A stretch of 29,921 nt of DNA from a virus. Its lineage: Duplodnaviria; Caudoviricetes. Position 1 is the stretch's first letter, and every line of letters starts with the position of its first letter. The notes under the pieces are model-generated. The model was not told where the DNA came from. It ran no database searches and saw nothing but the letters and a program-made list of their open reading frames with translations. A program made the position numbers and the translations under genes. The DNA lies in IMG/VR virus record IMGVR_UViG_3300007517_000025, positions 1 to 29,921 of that record; one strand, written 5' to 3'. Positions 15,266 through 25,343 of the stretch are shown here, in pieces.

Positions 15266-15613
15266 ATGAAGAAAAATAATTTTCAAGAAGTAGTTGATCG
15301 TCGTCGTCCTAGACGCCTGTTGACGACTAACCCACTAAGAACATTCCGATTAGAGTATGAATATACAGACACAGGGGAAACTGTGTGTGTACCTAACATT
15401 TGGTACAACCAAACAGACGATATGCTAGCAGATTCTTGGTTGTTTGATGCTGAACGGTATATAGAGAGAGCGGAGGTTTTGTCTACAACTCCACCTGATG
15501 ATGTGGACGCAACAACCATTGCTGAGACAATTGCTGATTATACGAAACAAGCAAAGGTGTATCGGCAAAATGCACGGTTTGTAAGAATGGGTTGCTCTTT
15601 AAGTATTTACTGA
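15266..15613 (+). CDS. Phage hypothetical protein
   Basis: 115 aa; TTGACT...TATAAT upstream (~15177-15206); hairpin terminator downstream. Confidence 0.7.
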   Translation: MKKNNFQEVVDRRRPRRLLTTNPLRTFRLEYEYTDTGETVCVPNIWYNQTDDMLADSWLFDAERYIERAEVLSTTPPDDVDATTIAETIADYTKQAKVYRQNARFVRMGCSLSIY

Positions 15614-15632
15614 GGTTAATAAAAAAAAGGGG

Positions 15633-15661
15633 GGCGATCGGATTAAATTAATCCGATCGCC
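15633..15661. terminator. HIP1-like hairpin terminator
   Basis: GGCGATCGGATTAA-A-TTAATCCGATCGCC with A/T tails, between convergent genes. Confidence 0.75.
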
Positions 15662-15688
15662 AACTTTTTTATAACCGGTGCTTCTTGC

Positions 15689-17731
15689 TTAGTAATACGG
15701 TGTCGGTTTTGGTTTACCAACACCACCAAATACAAATGGTGTTGGTTTCGGTAAGTAAGACCAACACATCGCCGTCACCGTCGCAAAATTAAGCGCATGA
15801 AATGCGTGGTCGGGCTCATTTCCTTCAATCCACTGTGCCTTTGAGGTACGCTCCGAGGTCAGCATTTGGTAAAGAAACGCATCTTTATCGCGAGGATCGT
15901 ACACCCAGTCTGCGGGTAAATGAAGTCGCCCAGAATGTACCATTTCTAGCACTGAATCCAATCCGAATGTGCGATCGAGCGCGAACGCTGGATAATCTTC
16001 ACCCTGCACTGTGCGTGTCGAACTTCGGAATTCCTCGCCTTTGAGCGCTGTTTGATAGAAAAGGAACACGATTCCTGTTTGTTCAAAATAATTCTGCGGG
16101 CGATCGACATTCCGACCGCGACCTAACTCGATCGCCCGTGTTCCTTTCGTTTCTCGTTCTGGTCGGAATTTACTTGCGAATTGCCCAGCAGAGTAAGCCT
16201 CTGGATTCATGTCAATCCCCACAAAGTCGGCTTTCCAGGTAGAGGCGAGTTCTTCTATTCCTTCCATCCGATACGCCGCCCCAAACCATTTCACTTCGAC
16301 GTGCGCTGTCTCCCATTTTTCACGCTCGTTCACTCCTTCCCCCCAATACCAGTAAGTTATTACCGATATCTGATGTCCGAGCCCCTGGTCAGCACCCACA
16401 ACGATTAGATCCGGAACAGTGCAAGTTGCCGGTAAAGGTTTGCCAATACATTCGAGTAACAACGATTTGTCAATTCGGCCAGCACCGAAAGAACTGACTT
16501 CTCCGAAACCTTGCTGGAGTGAGTCAGCGCGATCGCTAATGTTTCGGGCTTGCGTCAATCTCGATAATCGCTCCTGCAAGTTGAACAGTTTAGAAGCGAG
16601 TCTTGGTAGCCTCAGCGCCACGCCGTCACGGACTGGTTTTTTGGCTTTTTGTGTTTTCTCGGTAAATTCGTTCAGAATTTCGCCAGTGTGATGACAGCGA
16701 TATTGACCTTTAGTAATTGTCTCCCGTGTAAGTTCACCAGAACAGTGTCGGCAGCCGAGATACGCTGTGGTAATCCTTTTCTCTAAATTGCTGGAATCAG
16801 TGCAGAACCAGTCCAGAGGGTTGCCGACGGTATCAAAATATTGCAGATCCGATCGCCCTTCAATGTGCAACGGTCGAAATAAATTGCCTTTAGGCGATAG
16901 GAACTGCCCGATCTGACAATGCGGGCACGTTACATACCAGTCAAAAAAATACTTCGATGTTTTGACCTGGACATCGACGACACCCCCTTCAGCGCCGGGG
17001 GTAGATCCACACCGCAACGGACAAGTTGGTAGTGTCGAAGCCGAAGTCCGTTCTAATAAAATATTCACGGCTCCTGGCGGGAATGCTTCAACTTCATCGG
17101 CTATTACCCAAAACTCAACAGGCACAGAACTGAGAGAGCTTGAAACCTGTCGTCCTTGACTACTTGCACCGGCACGACTGGCGAATGCAAAGTACACTGG
17201 AACACCCCCCACGTCTACGTTTCGTTGTTTTGTGTCGGTATCTTTACGCCCACGCAACTTAATAGATAATTGTCGAAGCAACTGGATAGACTTAATACTG
17301 TCGAATGCCGGCTGAACTCGTGGAGCCACGATGTCCATCAATTTTAATTTTTCATCTACACAATAAATAGTAGAGCTTCGCAACTCGACCAAAGAGAACG
17401 CGACAAGGGCGATCAAAGTTTCGGAAAAACCCATCTGAGCGCCTTTGATCACTGTCACCCGAACCAACCACGGGTTAGCCATCACAGACAAAAAACCGAA
17501 AAAGAATGGTTCGTCCCAGCGCAATGGCAGACCTGCATGAGTCTTGTAGTTCTCTGCGATCCATTCCTGACAGTAAAGGTGTCCGTCGCCGTACCAGAAG
17601 CGGGCGATCGCCTTTTGTTTTTGAGCCTGCGTCTGTTCTGAAAATAATTGTCGGCCGACCAAGCCCGCTGGATCTCGACCTTTGGCAATACTTTTGTGGT
17701 TGGTAGCTGTGAGGCGTTGCTGATGGCGCAT
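15689..17731 (-). CDS. Terminase large subunit, lambda GpA family
   Basis: VIKGAQMGFSE (GpA Walker A), IADEVE (Walker B), GSTP, VTCPHC zinc motif, VGADQG nuclease Asp, C-terminal DHAFHA. Confidence 0.9.
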   Translation of the reverse strand: MRHQQRLTATNHKSIAKGRDPAGLVGRQLFSEQTQAQKQKAIARFWYGDGHLYCQEWIAENYKTHAGLPLRWDEPFFFGFLSVMANPWLVRVTVIKGAQMGFSETLIALVAFSLVELRSSTIYCVDEKLKLMDIVAPRVQPAFDSIKSIQLLRQLSIKLRGRKDTDTKQRNVDVGGVPVYFAFASRAGASSQGRQVSSSLSSVPVEFWVIADEVEAFPPGAVNILLERTSASTLPTCPLRCGSTPGAEGGVVDVQVKTSKYFFDWYVTCPHCQIGQFLSPKGNLFRPLHIEGRSDLQYFDTVGNPLDWFCTDSSNLEKRITTAYLGCRHCSGELTRETITKGQYRCHHTGEILNEFTEKTQKAKKPVRDGVALRLPRLASKLFNLQERLSRLTQARNISDRADSLQQGFGEVSSFGAGRIDKSLLLECIGKPLPATCTVPDLIVVGADQGLGHQISVITYWYWGEGVNEREKWETAHVEVKWFGAAYRMEGIEELASTWKADFVGIDMNPEAYSAGQFASKFRPERETKGTRAIELGRGRNVDRPQNYFEQTGIVFLFYQTALKGEEFRSSTRTVQGEDYPAFALDRTFGLDSVLEMVHSGRLHLPADWVYDPRDKDAFLYQMLTSERTSKAQWIEGNEPDHAFHALNFATVTAMCWSYLPKPTPFVFGGVGKPKPTPYY

Positions 17732-17769
17732 GAAAAAAAAGATTGAAGGGAACTGAAGTCCTCGCTCGC

Positions 17770-18198
17770 TTACATCTCAGGACTAAAGTCGCTGAGCTTT
17801 CCGCATTCCGCTAGTTTCCTTATAATATTGTGAAATTCATCACCCGCAGTGATCATACCTTTCACTTTTAACGCACACACCGATAAATGCTTAAAATCTT
17901 CGGAGCTTCCTCTGATACAATCACCAATTAATTCCATTTGGGCGATCGAGTAACTTCCAATCTTCTCTACTTCTGCCAGAATTTCTAACGTTTGTCGGTC
18001 GAATGGTTTGTGATGCTTTACCCAGGAACTGTAAGCTTTCCGTTCTATATCTTCTGCGTTTCTATCCAGCTTTTGGGCTATATCTCGAATCAAGGCTATT
18101 CGTTCGGGCGATCGCGCTTCCAGATGATCGAGACTTGTAGACCGTTCTGGAGTTTGTCGTTCGCCACATTCAATTGTTAAATTCTGAGGAACTTTCAT
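17770..18198 (-). CDS. Hypothetical helical protein upstream of terL (small-terminase position)
   Basis: Co-oriented, 38 bp upstream of terL; role inferred from position only. Confidence 0.5.
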   Translation of the reverse strand: MKVPQNLTIECGERQTPERSTSLDHLEARSPERIALIRDIAQKLDRNAEDIERKAYSSWVKHHKPFDRQTLEILAEVEKIGSYSIAQMELIGDCIRGSSEDFKHLSVCALKVKGMITAGDEFHNIIRKLAECGKLSDFSPEM

Positions 18199-18235
18199 TT
18201 TTTTCGTTAGACTTTGATGAAAACTATACCAAAAA

Positions 18236-18763
18236 ATGGAATCAAATCTCAAGAATAGCAGCACCTACGGTCAGCTTTTAGCGAAGCTGAAGAATGCAAA
18301 GGCGCGCGTCAATGCCAAGGGCGCGCAGTGGACTATATTGTCAGCAAAGCGTCTCGATGAAATTATCCGCCAGCATTTAGCCGGGCAGGGGCGCAGCGGT
18401 TATCCGCCACCGCTTTCCGATATGACTAAGCATATCTATCAAGTCGCTGGAGAACCGGACGGCAGCGGGATTCATAACACGCTAGAACAATATTTCAGAC
18501 AAGAAGGAAATGTTTTTATCGCGGGTGTCGGCATCCCTGAAGGTAAGCAAACCATGATCGCCAAAGTACAAGACGAGGGTGCGGTAATACCAGTTACTCA
18601 AAAGATGCGCGGTTTCATGGCTGCAAATTTTGGTATTTACTTAAGAGCGGAGACTTCGCATATCATCGTTCCGGGACGTAACTTTTGGGGTGAATCCGTA
18701 AAGCAAGCACAATCTGAAGCCAAAAAAGAATTAGCACGGTTTATGGATGAACTGTTTGTTTAA
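18236..18763 (+). CDS. Phage virion morphogenesis/tail-completion-like protein
   Basis: IAKVQDEGAVIPVTQKMRGF...IIVPGRNFW resembles the E.G..I.VT.KMR...IP.RPF motif. Confidence 0.62.
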   Translation: MESNLKNSSTYGQLLAKLKNAKARVNAKGAQWTILSAKRLDEIIRQHLAGQGRSGYPPPLSDMTKHIYQVAGEPDGSGIHNTLEQYFRQEGNVFIAGVGIPEGKQTMIAKVQDEGAVIPVTQKMRGFMAANFGIYLRAETSHIIVPGRNFWGESVKQAQSEAKKELARFMDELFV

Positions 18764-18775
18764 CGAAATTTAAAC

Positions 18776-18820
18776 AAAAAAAGGGGGCGATCGGATATTA
18801 TTCCGATCGCCCCCTTTTTT
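18776..18820. terminator. HIP1-like hairpin terminator
   Basis: AAAAAAAGGGGGCGATCGGA-TATTAT-TCCGATCGCCCCCTTTTTT. Confidence 0.8.
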
Positions 18821-18883
18821 ATTTATTTGGCTCAGGTGATAATAAAACATCCCCAAATTTTCCGAGAGAAAAGACAATTATCT

Positions 18884-19066
18884 TCAAAACCTGCCGAAGT
18901 ATTCTTGCAATGCGGTCACAACCACGTCTGATATGTGAAGCCTGTTTTGTTCAGCAAATGCTTCTAGTTGTTTAAACAATTCGACTGGAAGACGAATGTT
19001 TTTATGAATCGAAGTTTTGTCAACTGGCTTAGGTTCGTCTCTGAGCAGGCTTTTTCTTTTAGGCAT
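18884..19066 (-). CDS. Ribbon-helix-helix (CopG/Arc-like) DNA-binding protein
   Basis: KNIRLPVELFKQLEAFAEQNRLHISDVVVTALQEYF. Confidence 0.75.
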   Translation of the reverse strand: MPKRKSLLRDEPKPVDKTSIHKNIRLPVELFKQLEAFAEQNRLHISDVVVTALQEYFGRF

Positions 19067-19113
19067 TGTTGTGATTTCTGTCGGATCTGGGTTGGAAAAA
19101 CATCATAAGCAAT

Positions 19114-19153
19114 AAAAAACGGGCGATTTAAATTAACCGATCGCCCGCTTTTT
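19114..19153. terminator. HIP1-like hairpin terminator after thyA
   Basis: AAAAAACGGGCGAT...ATCGCCCGCTTTTT. Confidence 0.6.
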
Positions 19154-20681
19154 ATCTATCCTGAATGTAGATTGAATTACTTTCGATCGCCCGTCTCGCT
19201 TTTTCCAACTCAATCACAAGGTAGCCAATATGTTCTGGATCGATCGCCGGAACATCTGCACAAATCTGTCGAATTAAACCGAGTGCGTGTTTATCTGAAT
19301 AGCAGCCGATCACTTCACCGCTGCCCGGAGTTGTACGGGAAATTTGAATTCGATCGCCCTCAATTTCGATCAAAAAGTTACCAACAGGATCACTGAAGTT
19401 TTGGACTTTGGCGATTTTTGCGTATTGCTGCTGGATTAACATATCCACGTTCTCAAAAGTATCATCGTAGATGTGCGCGCTCTGACTAATTGTGATTAAT
19501 GGCTCCATTACGAGATTGCAATCCGATCGCCTGTAAATCTCGTTTCGGACGTACTGTTGCAATGCCCGTAGACCCATTGCATTAGAAGGCCACGCCGAAA
19601 ACATATCGTTGCTGCGGAAAGTTGCCGTCATCGAAAACACACTGTCTACAACGCGGAACCAGATGTGGTTCAAACAAGGACTGGCACCGTGTTTATGATC
19701 TGAATACCCGTCAGGATTTCGTTTCCAGTTGCCTCAGGCATCCCACAGGCTGATTACCGCACTGGCAGTATCAATTTCATTGACAAGCTTAGATATGACT
19801 TCTTCGATCTGGTCGTTACTAAACCACGATCTCATCCGCTGCCCGTAGGTGTACTTCACACCCTCCGTGTAAGTTGCGTCATCAAGAATTTGAGGAATGT
19901 AACTGTCGAGGAACTGGCGATCGAGCGGAAGAAAGTTGGGATCGGGAAAGTAAAAGTCAGGTGGTTCGTCGGTGACGATCGCCATTAAGTCGATCAGTTC
20001 TTGCCACTGCCCGTCATATCTCGTAGGGCGCATGGTTCCTGTTGTCCTGATACGGTGCAGCAGTTTTACCCAGGTTTCAGCAATGGTGACACCTTCAATT
20101 CTGTGTCCATATCTCTGTCCCGGAAACACAATTGATTCAATTTCCGATACGGGGAAAGTCATCGGTTCAGCCCACGACTTTATCGCCGTACCTTCAGAAA
20201 AACTTTCAGCGCTGGCGATCGAGCTTGCCAGTAAATTCACCTTTTCGATCGCGTCGGCAACTGAAGATACCTCCCAGTAGGCGATCGATTTTCTTAGCAA
20301 TTCCAAAGCGGATTCTTTAATCTCTATGTCTATGTATCCAACTTTCTCGGATTTTATGACCCAGCACTCGCGTCCTGTGTCACTCTTACCAAGCTCAAAT
20401 CCGTTGTTGAAAAAATCCACAAGTGCTTTAACAGAACCAGCGTTAGTGTCTGCGCTCGTAGCATTAATGGTGATCAAAGCGTGTACGTGCGGGTTAGCTA
20501 GCAAATTTCGGAGCAAAAAACTAATACCGCGAGTAGGTGAATATAGTTGCCCGATAGCAGCATAATCCCTAGCGTCTATGTGTTGCGCTATAAATTTAGA
20601 TTGCGTCCAACCGCTGACTACTACTATTTGCCCCTCGCCGCAGATCAATTGATTTGGCTTGCAAACTGGACTGTATCTCAT
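19152..20681 (-). pseudogene. thyA: Cyanobacterial-type thymidylate synthase (extra N-terminal domain + TS + DUF4346-like tail) split by one in-frame TGA
   Basis: The two track ORFs share a frame: SLWDA*GNWKRNPDGYSDHKHGASPCLNHIW (TGA 19734-19736); YTYGQR, PC, FRSNDM..N and SAHIY motifs intact. Confidence 0.85.
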
Positions 20682-20834
20682 TGGTGTTAAATTCCAGGAA
20701 CCACATGAATAGTTTTAACACAAATGTTATCAACTATGTAATTGTAATCTGACTAGATACAACGCGCTTGTGTTTTAATTATTAAAATGATACAATGTAA
20801 CTACAGACAAATAAGTAATTCAAAGATAAAACAA

Positions 20835-21245
20835 ATGCAAGTAGTTCGCAGATCCGCTTCGTTTTTTAACACTATTTTTGGGATTGTAGAAGTCTCAGAA
20901 ACTGTCTATAAAGTGCTCGGCACTCGCGATGGTGCCGAATGTTTTCGTGACAACGATGCCGGCGGGCAAGATCGCTGGCATCCTCAAGTCTTCTACACAG
21001 ACAGGCTAGTGTCCAACGAAGGACTCTACTACTGGGCTTACACAAACAGTAGAGGTCATTTTTTCTGCGAAGAAGTCTCAGAAGAAAAGGCCAGGCCTTT
21101 TATCGGTAAATGGTACAACGGGTGCCTTCGAGAGAAAGAACAACCCACGCCAGGGGAATTCTACCTCAATGAAAAAAGAACAAGAATAATCTGGAAGTCT
21201 GAAATAAAAGAGGACTCCACAGGAGCGCTCTACATACTGGAGTAA
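20835..21245 (+). CDS. Phage hypothetical protein
   Basis: 136 aa from ATG 20835; AT-rich promoter-like upstream; terminator immediately downstream. Confidence 0.7.
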   Translation: MQVVRRSASFFNTIFGIVEVSETVYKVLGTRDGAECFRDNDAGGQDRWHPQVFYTDRLVSNEGLYYWAYTNSRGHFFCEEVSEEKARPFIGKWYNGCLREKEQPTPGEFYLNEKRTRIIWKSEIKEDSTGALYILE

Positions 21246-21253
21246 AAAGTCGT

Positions 21254-21290
21254 AAAAAACGGGTGATCTAATTTAGATCACCCGTTTTTT
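21254..21290. terminator. Hairpin terminator (GGGTGATC variant)
   Basis: AAAAAACGGGTGATCTAA-T-TTAGATCACCCGTTTTTT. Confidence 0.8.
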
Positions 21291-21341
21291 TGTGCGTTGC
21301 TCGGTGAAATTGAATTGCTGGCGATCGGGACGGGCGATCGA

Positions 21342-21627
21342 TCAACTATATAGTTCGTCGATGTCGTCGCGATTAAATTGCAACCCCCGCTGAAACTTTT
21401 CTTCCGTCCAATTTCGGATATGGGATTTAACACGCCTAACGTAGTCTATCAAAGGGTTTGAGAGCGACTCCTCGCAAATGAGGAGTCGCTTTTTCGCTGT
21501 CTTCGTGGGTAATCGGCAACCTCGTCTGTATCGAAAGTTCGTCCAGAACATCTTTGCCACGAATCCCAATTTTCTGGTCGTTGTACTTAGGCAATTGATC
21601 GAACCACGATATAATGACTTTAGGCGT
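21342..21627 (-). pseudogene. Internally deleted, frameshifted KilA-N paralog
   Basis: Pieces SWFDQLPKYNDQKIGIRGKD / LPI / PLIDYV / WTEEKFQRGLQFNRDDIDELY align with 22837..23316; start codon position reads ACG. Confidence 0.75.
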
Positions 21628-21808
21628 TTGACCCTCGGATGTAGAGTTAACTGTTTAGTTAAGTGTGAATCGTTTGGATCGATCGCGCTTAACGCTAATT
21701 TTACAATAAAAAGGAAAAAGAGGGCGATCGCCACAACGAGATCACCCACCTTGTTCAGAACCAATTAAAGCCGTCCTAGAAGGGCTGGGTTTTTAACCCA
21801 GATTTCCG

Positions 21809-22624
21809 ATGAAAATTCTAAAAGTTCCATATTTATCTCAGCTTAATAACTTAGTTCGTCCGACAGGAACCTGCAACACAACGTCTGTTGCTATGTGTTT
21901 TGGCTTCTTTGGAGAGCCACTTCTCAGACCTAATGGGCAACAGTTAGAAGACTATCTTACCAAGTATTGTCTCGCCAATGGCTTGTCTCGCCATTCTCCC
22001 GGCGACTTGGTAATTCTTGCTCAAAAGCATGGCTACCGCCCTCGATTTGACAGTCGCGCTAAATGGGATCAAGTGAAAGCGTGGCTTGATGGTGGGAAGC
22101 CCTGCATAGTTCACGGCTGGTTCACTGCGTTTGGTCATATCCTTGTAATCATCGGCTACAACGAGAAAGGCTGGATAGTCCATGACCCTTACGGCGAATG
22201 GTATGCAAGCGGATACGATACCAGTGCCAGCGGGGAAGGATTGACATACAGTTACGGGATGATGGAAAGACTGTGTGGCCCAGACTCAAATCAAGAGCTT
22301 TGGATACACTTTTTTGACGGCCCATCAAACGACAAACGAGTTTGGAAGCCCGGGGAATTTGGCGGGTTACGCTTGCAAGATATTTTTGAAAAGAACCTGA
22401 CAGTCTCTGTCGATGAGGTTAAGAAAGACCGTGGCTTGGTTAAGCAGATTCAAATTTGCTTGACGCGGTTTCCACACTTCCAGCCAGGGACGCCGGACGG
22501 TATCTGGGGCCCGATTACGCAGAAGGCATGGGAGAATTTCGTGCTTAGTTTTCAACCGCTGTCAGGAGTTTTAGTGATCAACTCTGCTGTAGCTAAAGTT
22601 TTGATTGTGGGTAAGTACAGATAG
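21809..22624 (+). CDS. C39-like cysteine peptidase with C-terminal peptidoglycan-binding-like domain (endolysin candidate)
   Basis: VPYLSQLNN..GTCNTTSVAM, GHILVIIGY, VHDPYG; VKQIQ..L...PDGIWGPITQKAW. Confidence 0.85.
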   Translation: MKILKVPYLSQLNNLVRPTGTCNTTSVAMCFGFFGEPLLRPNGQQLEDYLTKYCLANGLSRHSPGDLVILAQKHGYRPRFDSRAKWDQVKAWLDGGKPCIVHGWFTAFGHILVIIGYNEKGWIVHDPYGEWYASGYDTSASGEGLTYSYGMMERLCGPDSNQELWIHFFDGPSNDKRVWKPGEFGGLRLQDIFEKNLTVSVDEVKKDRGLVKQIQICLTRFPHFQPGTPDGIWGPITQKAWENFVLSFQPLSGVLVINSAVAKVLIVGKYR

Positions 22625-22656
22625 GAAGTCCGATAGGTGAATATTGCATTTAAAAG

Positions 22657-22699
22657 TTGAAGCGGGCGATCGATTATTAATCTCGATCGCCCGCTTCAA
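22657..22699. terminator. HIP1-like hairpin
   Basis: TTGAAGCGGGCGATCGA-loop-TCGATCGCCCGCTTCAA. Confidence 0.75.
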
Positions 22700-22836
22700 T
22701 TTTTGAATTAACCGCAACCTACGATCACAGGGTAGATTTTGGTAGAATGTTGGCATCTCAATTTTTGAGCGTGGCGATCAACCTTCTTACGAAAGGGCGA
22801 TCGACACTGACCAGTTCTGTATTAAAGGTACAAATC

Positions 22837-23316
22837 ATGGCTAAGCTAATGCTATCCTTTTTCGATCAATTCCCTGAATACAACGGACGCAAAATTGAGA
22901 TTCGCGGCAAAGACGGATATTTTTGCGCTTCAGACATGAGCGAAGTTCTTGAGAAGACTTTCTCGGACTGGAAAAGGACTCAGTTTGCGACAAGGTTACT
23001 CTCTCGACTTTCTGAACGACTAAACCTTCCTATTGACCGACAAAATTTAGGTACGCATAAAATCGTATCTAACGTAATCCCCCTGATAGACTACGTTCCA
23101 GGGCGCAGGCAAAAAATCTGGGTGCATCCCGCGTTGGCTATGTCCTATGCTATGTCTAATCCAGAATTTCAAGCGGATATCAATGTTTGGATTTATGAAA
23201 TGATGACGCTAAGCACAGTTAACCCGCACGTTTTGCGCTGGACTCAAGACGAATATCAACGCGGATTACAATTCAACCGCGACGATATTTCCGATATGTA
23301 CGGCGATCGCAAGTAG
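22837..23316 (+). CDS. KilA-N domain DNA-binding protein
   Basis: YNGRKIEIRGKDGYFCASDM...FSDWKR...IWVHPALAMSYA..NPEFQADINVWI. Confidence 0.85.
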   Translation: MAKLMLSFFDQFPEYNGRKIEIRGKDGYFCASDMSEVLEKTFSDWKRTQFATRLLSRLSERLNLPIDRQNLGTHKIVSNVIPLIDYVPGRRQKIWVHPALAMSYAMSNPEFQADINVWIYEMMTLSTVNPHVLRWTQDEYQRGLQFNRDDISDMYGDRK

Positions 23317-23337
23317 AATTTCTTGCGGGCGAAAATC

Positions 23338-23380
23338 GAAGCGGGCGATCTCTTTGTGGTGATCGCCCGCTTCAATTTTT
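23338..23380. terminator. HIP1-like hairpin (near-duplicate of 22657..22699)
   Basis: GAAGCGGGCGATC-loop-GATCGCCCGCTTCAATTTTT. Confidence 0.75.
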
Positions 23381-23400
23381 TTGTCTTCCCATCCGAGTCA

Positions 23401-24960
23401 CTAGAACTCTCTTTTCTGGAAATTCAATTCTTCTCTTATCTTGTTTTCTTGTTTCAAGGATTCTTTCTTGTCGCGTTGTGCTTTCATTTCACCTTGCAAG
23501 GTCTCGACGGCTTTATTCATCCGATCGCCCAAATCTTTCACTCTAGCCTTAAGATCGCCCGCCGTCTTGCCTGATTTTATATCCGCAACAGCAGCATCGA
23601 TATTTTCCTTGATCGTCGCTATTACTTGCTCTTGATTTTCTTTTACCGCCATAAATGCTTTAGCTTTCTCAAAGTTTTCAGATACCTTCTCTGGGGTCAG
23701 GCCTGCCAAAGTCTCTGCTATCTCTTCGTCAACCAGCGTTGAATCCAAAGCCTCGCTTATTTTTTCCCGCGCAAATTTACCCACAGCTTCGCCGGATGTT
23801 TCGCCCATTGTGTAAGCTGCTGTCAGAACCCCAATGATCGCCTTACCAATTGCAGAATCCTTAATTGCTGTCGAAGTAGCTTTGGCAGCATCAAAGATCG
23901 CATTTTTCATAAAGTCCATAGCATTACTAAAAGCGTCACCTTCTCCTTTTGCTACATCCGCCATGTCTGTAGTTTTGATTCCAGCGGCGACGTTTGTATT
24001 TTCGGCTGCACCGGCGATCAGACCATTTTTGATAGCCGATCCAGTTTCACCTGTTATCTCTTTTTTTGCCGCTTCGTTAGACTTTGGTGGTACGAGCTTT
24101 GGGGCTAATTCTTCCATTGACGCTCTTTCCGCATCAACTGAAGTCTTGATGTCTGCGAGTAACTGTTTAGACTCCTTGGTATTTTCTTCTGTTAGCCGTT
24201 TAACCATCTGCTGTAATTTCGGATTAGTGCCTTTTACCCACGGCGTACTTTCTTGGAATTTCTTTAATTCTTCTTTAGTACGTTTTTTCGCTGCATCACC
24301 CAATATTTGGGAACCCATTTGTAATGTCGCCACACCGAACCCAACCGCTACCCCGGCAGTGATTGGTACACTCGCACCCAAAGCCATCGTCGCAGCCCCA
24401 GCCACCGCCGCGACAGCCAAACCAGCAAATAGCGTCTCGCCGTTCGCTATTCCGCGACTTTGTTTAGTTGTCGCCGCAACCGCTTCGTTTAATTTGTTCT
24501 CTATGTATTGCCGAGCGTTTGTAAGCGCGTCTCCAGTCTTTCCAACTATGTCGGCCATAATGGCTTTTTGAACACCAGCTCTGACATCAGGAACATCGTC
24601 AACCAGCTTTGCCAAGCCAGCCTTAAGATCGTCAGCAACCTTAGTAAGACCTTCTCTAATAGCTTTTGAACTGTCCGCAGCAGATACAGGCGGTTCAGCA
24701 CCTCCCTTGGTGGAAGACTTTGATTCCGATGACGCGGAACCGCCACCGCTTTTAGATGCGAACTTTCCATCGGGCGATCGGGTGACTTTAATTTCTTTTC
24801 CGCCTTCTGTTTTGGTAGTTGTCTCGAAGTTGCCCGATTGTTTAGGCTTGGCTTCGTCTTCGGCAAGTTGCAAATGCTCGATCGCGAATAGGTCGAATCG
24901 AAGGTCTGAGAGTAGCTTTTGAATACGAAGTTCACTGGCGTCGAAAGCTGTATTGTTCAT
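23401..24960 (-). CDS. 519-aa helical protein with RSPDGKFASK N-module, ~70-aa repeats and hydrophobic hairpin (putative virion-internal/ejected protein)
   Basis: N-terminus shared with 25344..27908; glycine-zipper-like segment LFAGLAVAAVAGAATMALGASVPITAGVAVGFGV; coiled-coil C-terminus. Confidence 0.75.
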   Translation of the reverse strand: MNNTAFDASELRIQKLLSDLRFDLFAIEHLQLAEDEAKPKQSGNFETTTKTEGGKEIKVTRSPDGKFASKSGGGSASSESKSSTKGGAEPPVSAADSSKAIREGLTKVADDLKAGLAKLVDDVPDVRAGVQKAIMADIVGKTGDALTNARQYIENKLNEAVAATTKQSRGIANGETLFAGLAVAAVAGAATMALGASVPITAGVAVGFGVATLQMGSQILGDAAKKRTKEELKKFQESTPWVKGTNPKLQQMVKRLTEENTKESKQLLADIKTSVDAERASMEELAPKLVPPKSNEAAKKEITGETGSAIKNGLIAGAAENTNVAAGIKTTDMADVAKGEGDAFSNAMDFMKNAIFDAAKATSTAIKDSAIGKAIIGVLTAAYTMGETSGEAVGKFAREKISEALDSTLVDEEIAETLAGLTPEKVSENFEKAKAFMAVKENQEQVIATIKENIDAAVADIKSGKTAGDLKARVKDLGDRMNKAVETLQGEMKAQRDKKESLKQENKIREELNFQKREF

Positions 24961-24999
24961 GGTTTTTTTCTGTGAATCACTTTAATTAGCGGTTAACAA

Positions 25000-25338
25000 T
25001 TAGAGAAGCGCAAGATTATCTGGGACGCCCAATTCGCCTCTTTCTTTGGGGACATTTCGTTCGCTGAACGCCCACATTCCACCAGACATACTTTCCAGAA
25101 TATGCCTAACTTCAGCGTAGGAACCAAAACCACCTTTTAAGGTGGAAAAATGTACGCCCGGCACACTCAAGAATTGACTTGAGAACTCCTCATACAATGC
25201 CTCTGTATTTGCCACAAGAAATTTAACTTTGATTTCACCTCGCGCTAATTGTGTGGGCTTTTGCTTACCTAAGTCTATCTCTAAAAGCCATAGCGTCATC
25301 TCTTCACCAATCACGATTCCAAATGCTGGGTTTGCCAT
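25000..25338 (-). CDS. 112-aa hypothetical protein directly downstream of the HExxH protein (candidate immunity/partner)
   Basis: Tightly packed ORF; function inferred from position only. Confidence 0.6.
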   Translation of the reverse strand: MANPAFGIVIGEEMTLWLLEIDLGKQKPTQLARGEIKVKFLVANTEALYEEFSSQFLSVPGVHFSTLKGGFGSYAEVRHILESMSGGMWAFSERNVPKERGELGVPDNLALL

Positions 25339-25343
25339 AGTAT

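Noticed and set aside
21342-21764. 140-aa membrane protein from the ORF track
   Set aside because: Chimera of intergenic sequence and out-of-frame pieces of the KilA-N pseudogene
23834-24571. 245-aa plus-strand ORF and similar shadows at 26005, 26917, 27223
   Set aside because: Antisense to Ala/Lys-rich minus-strand genes, with no independent signals
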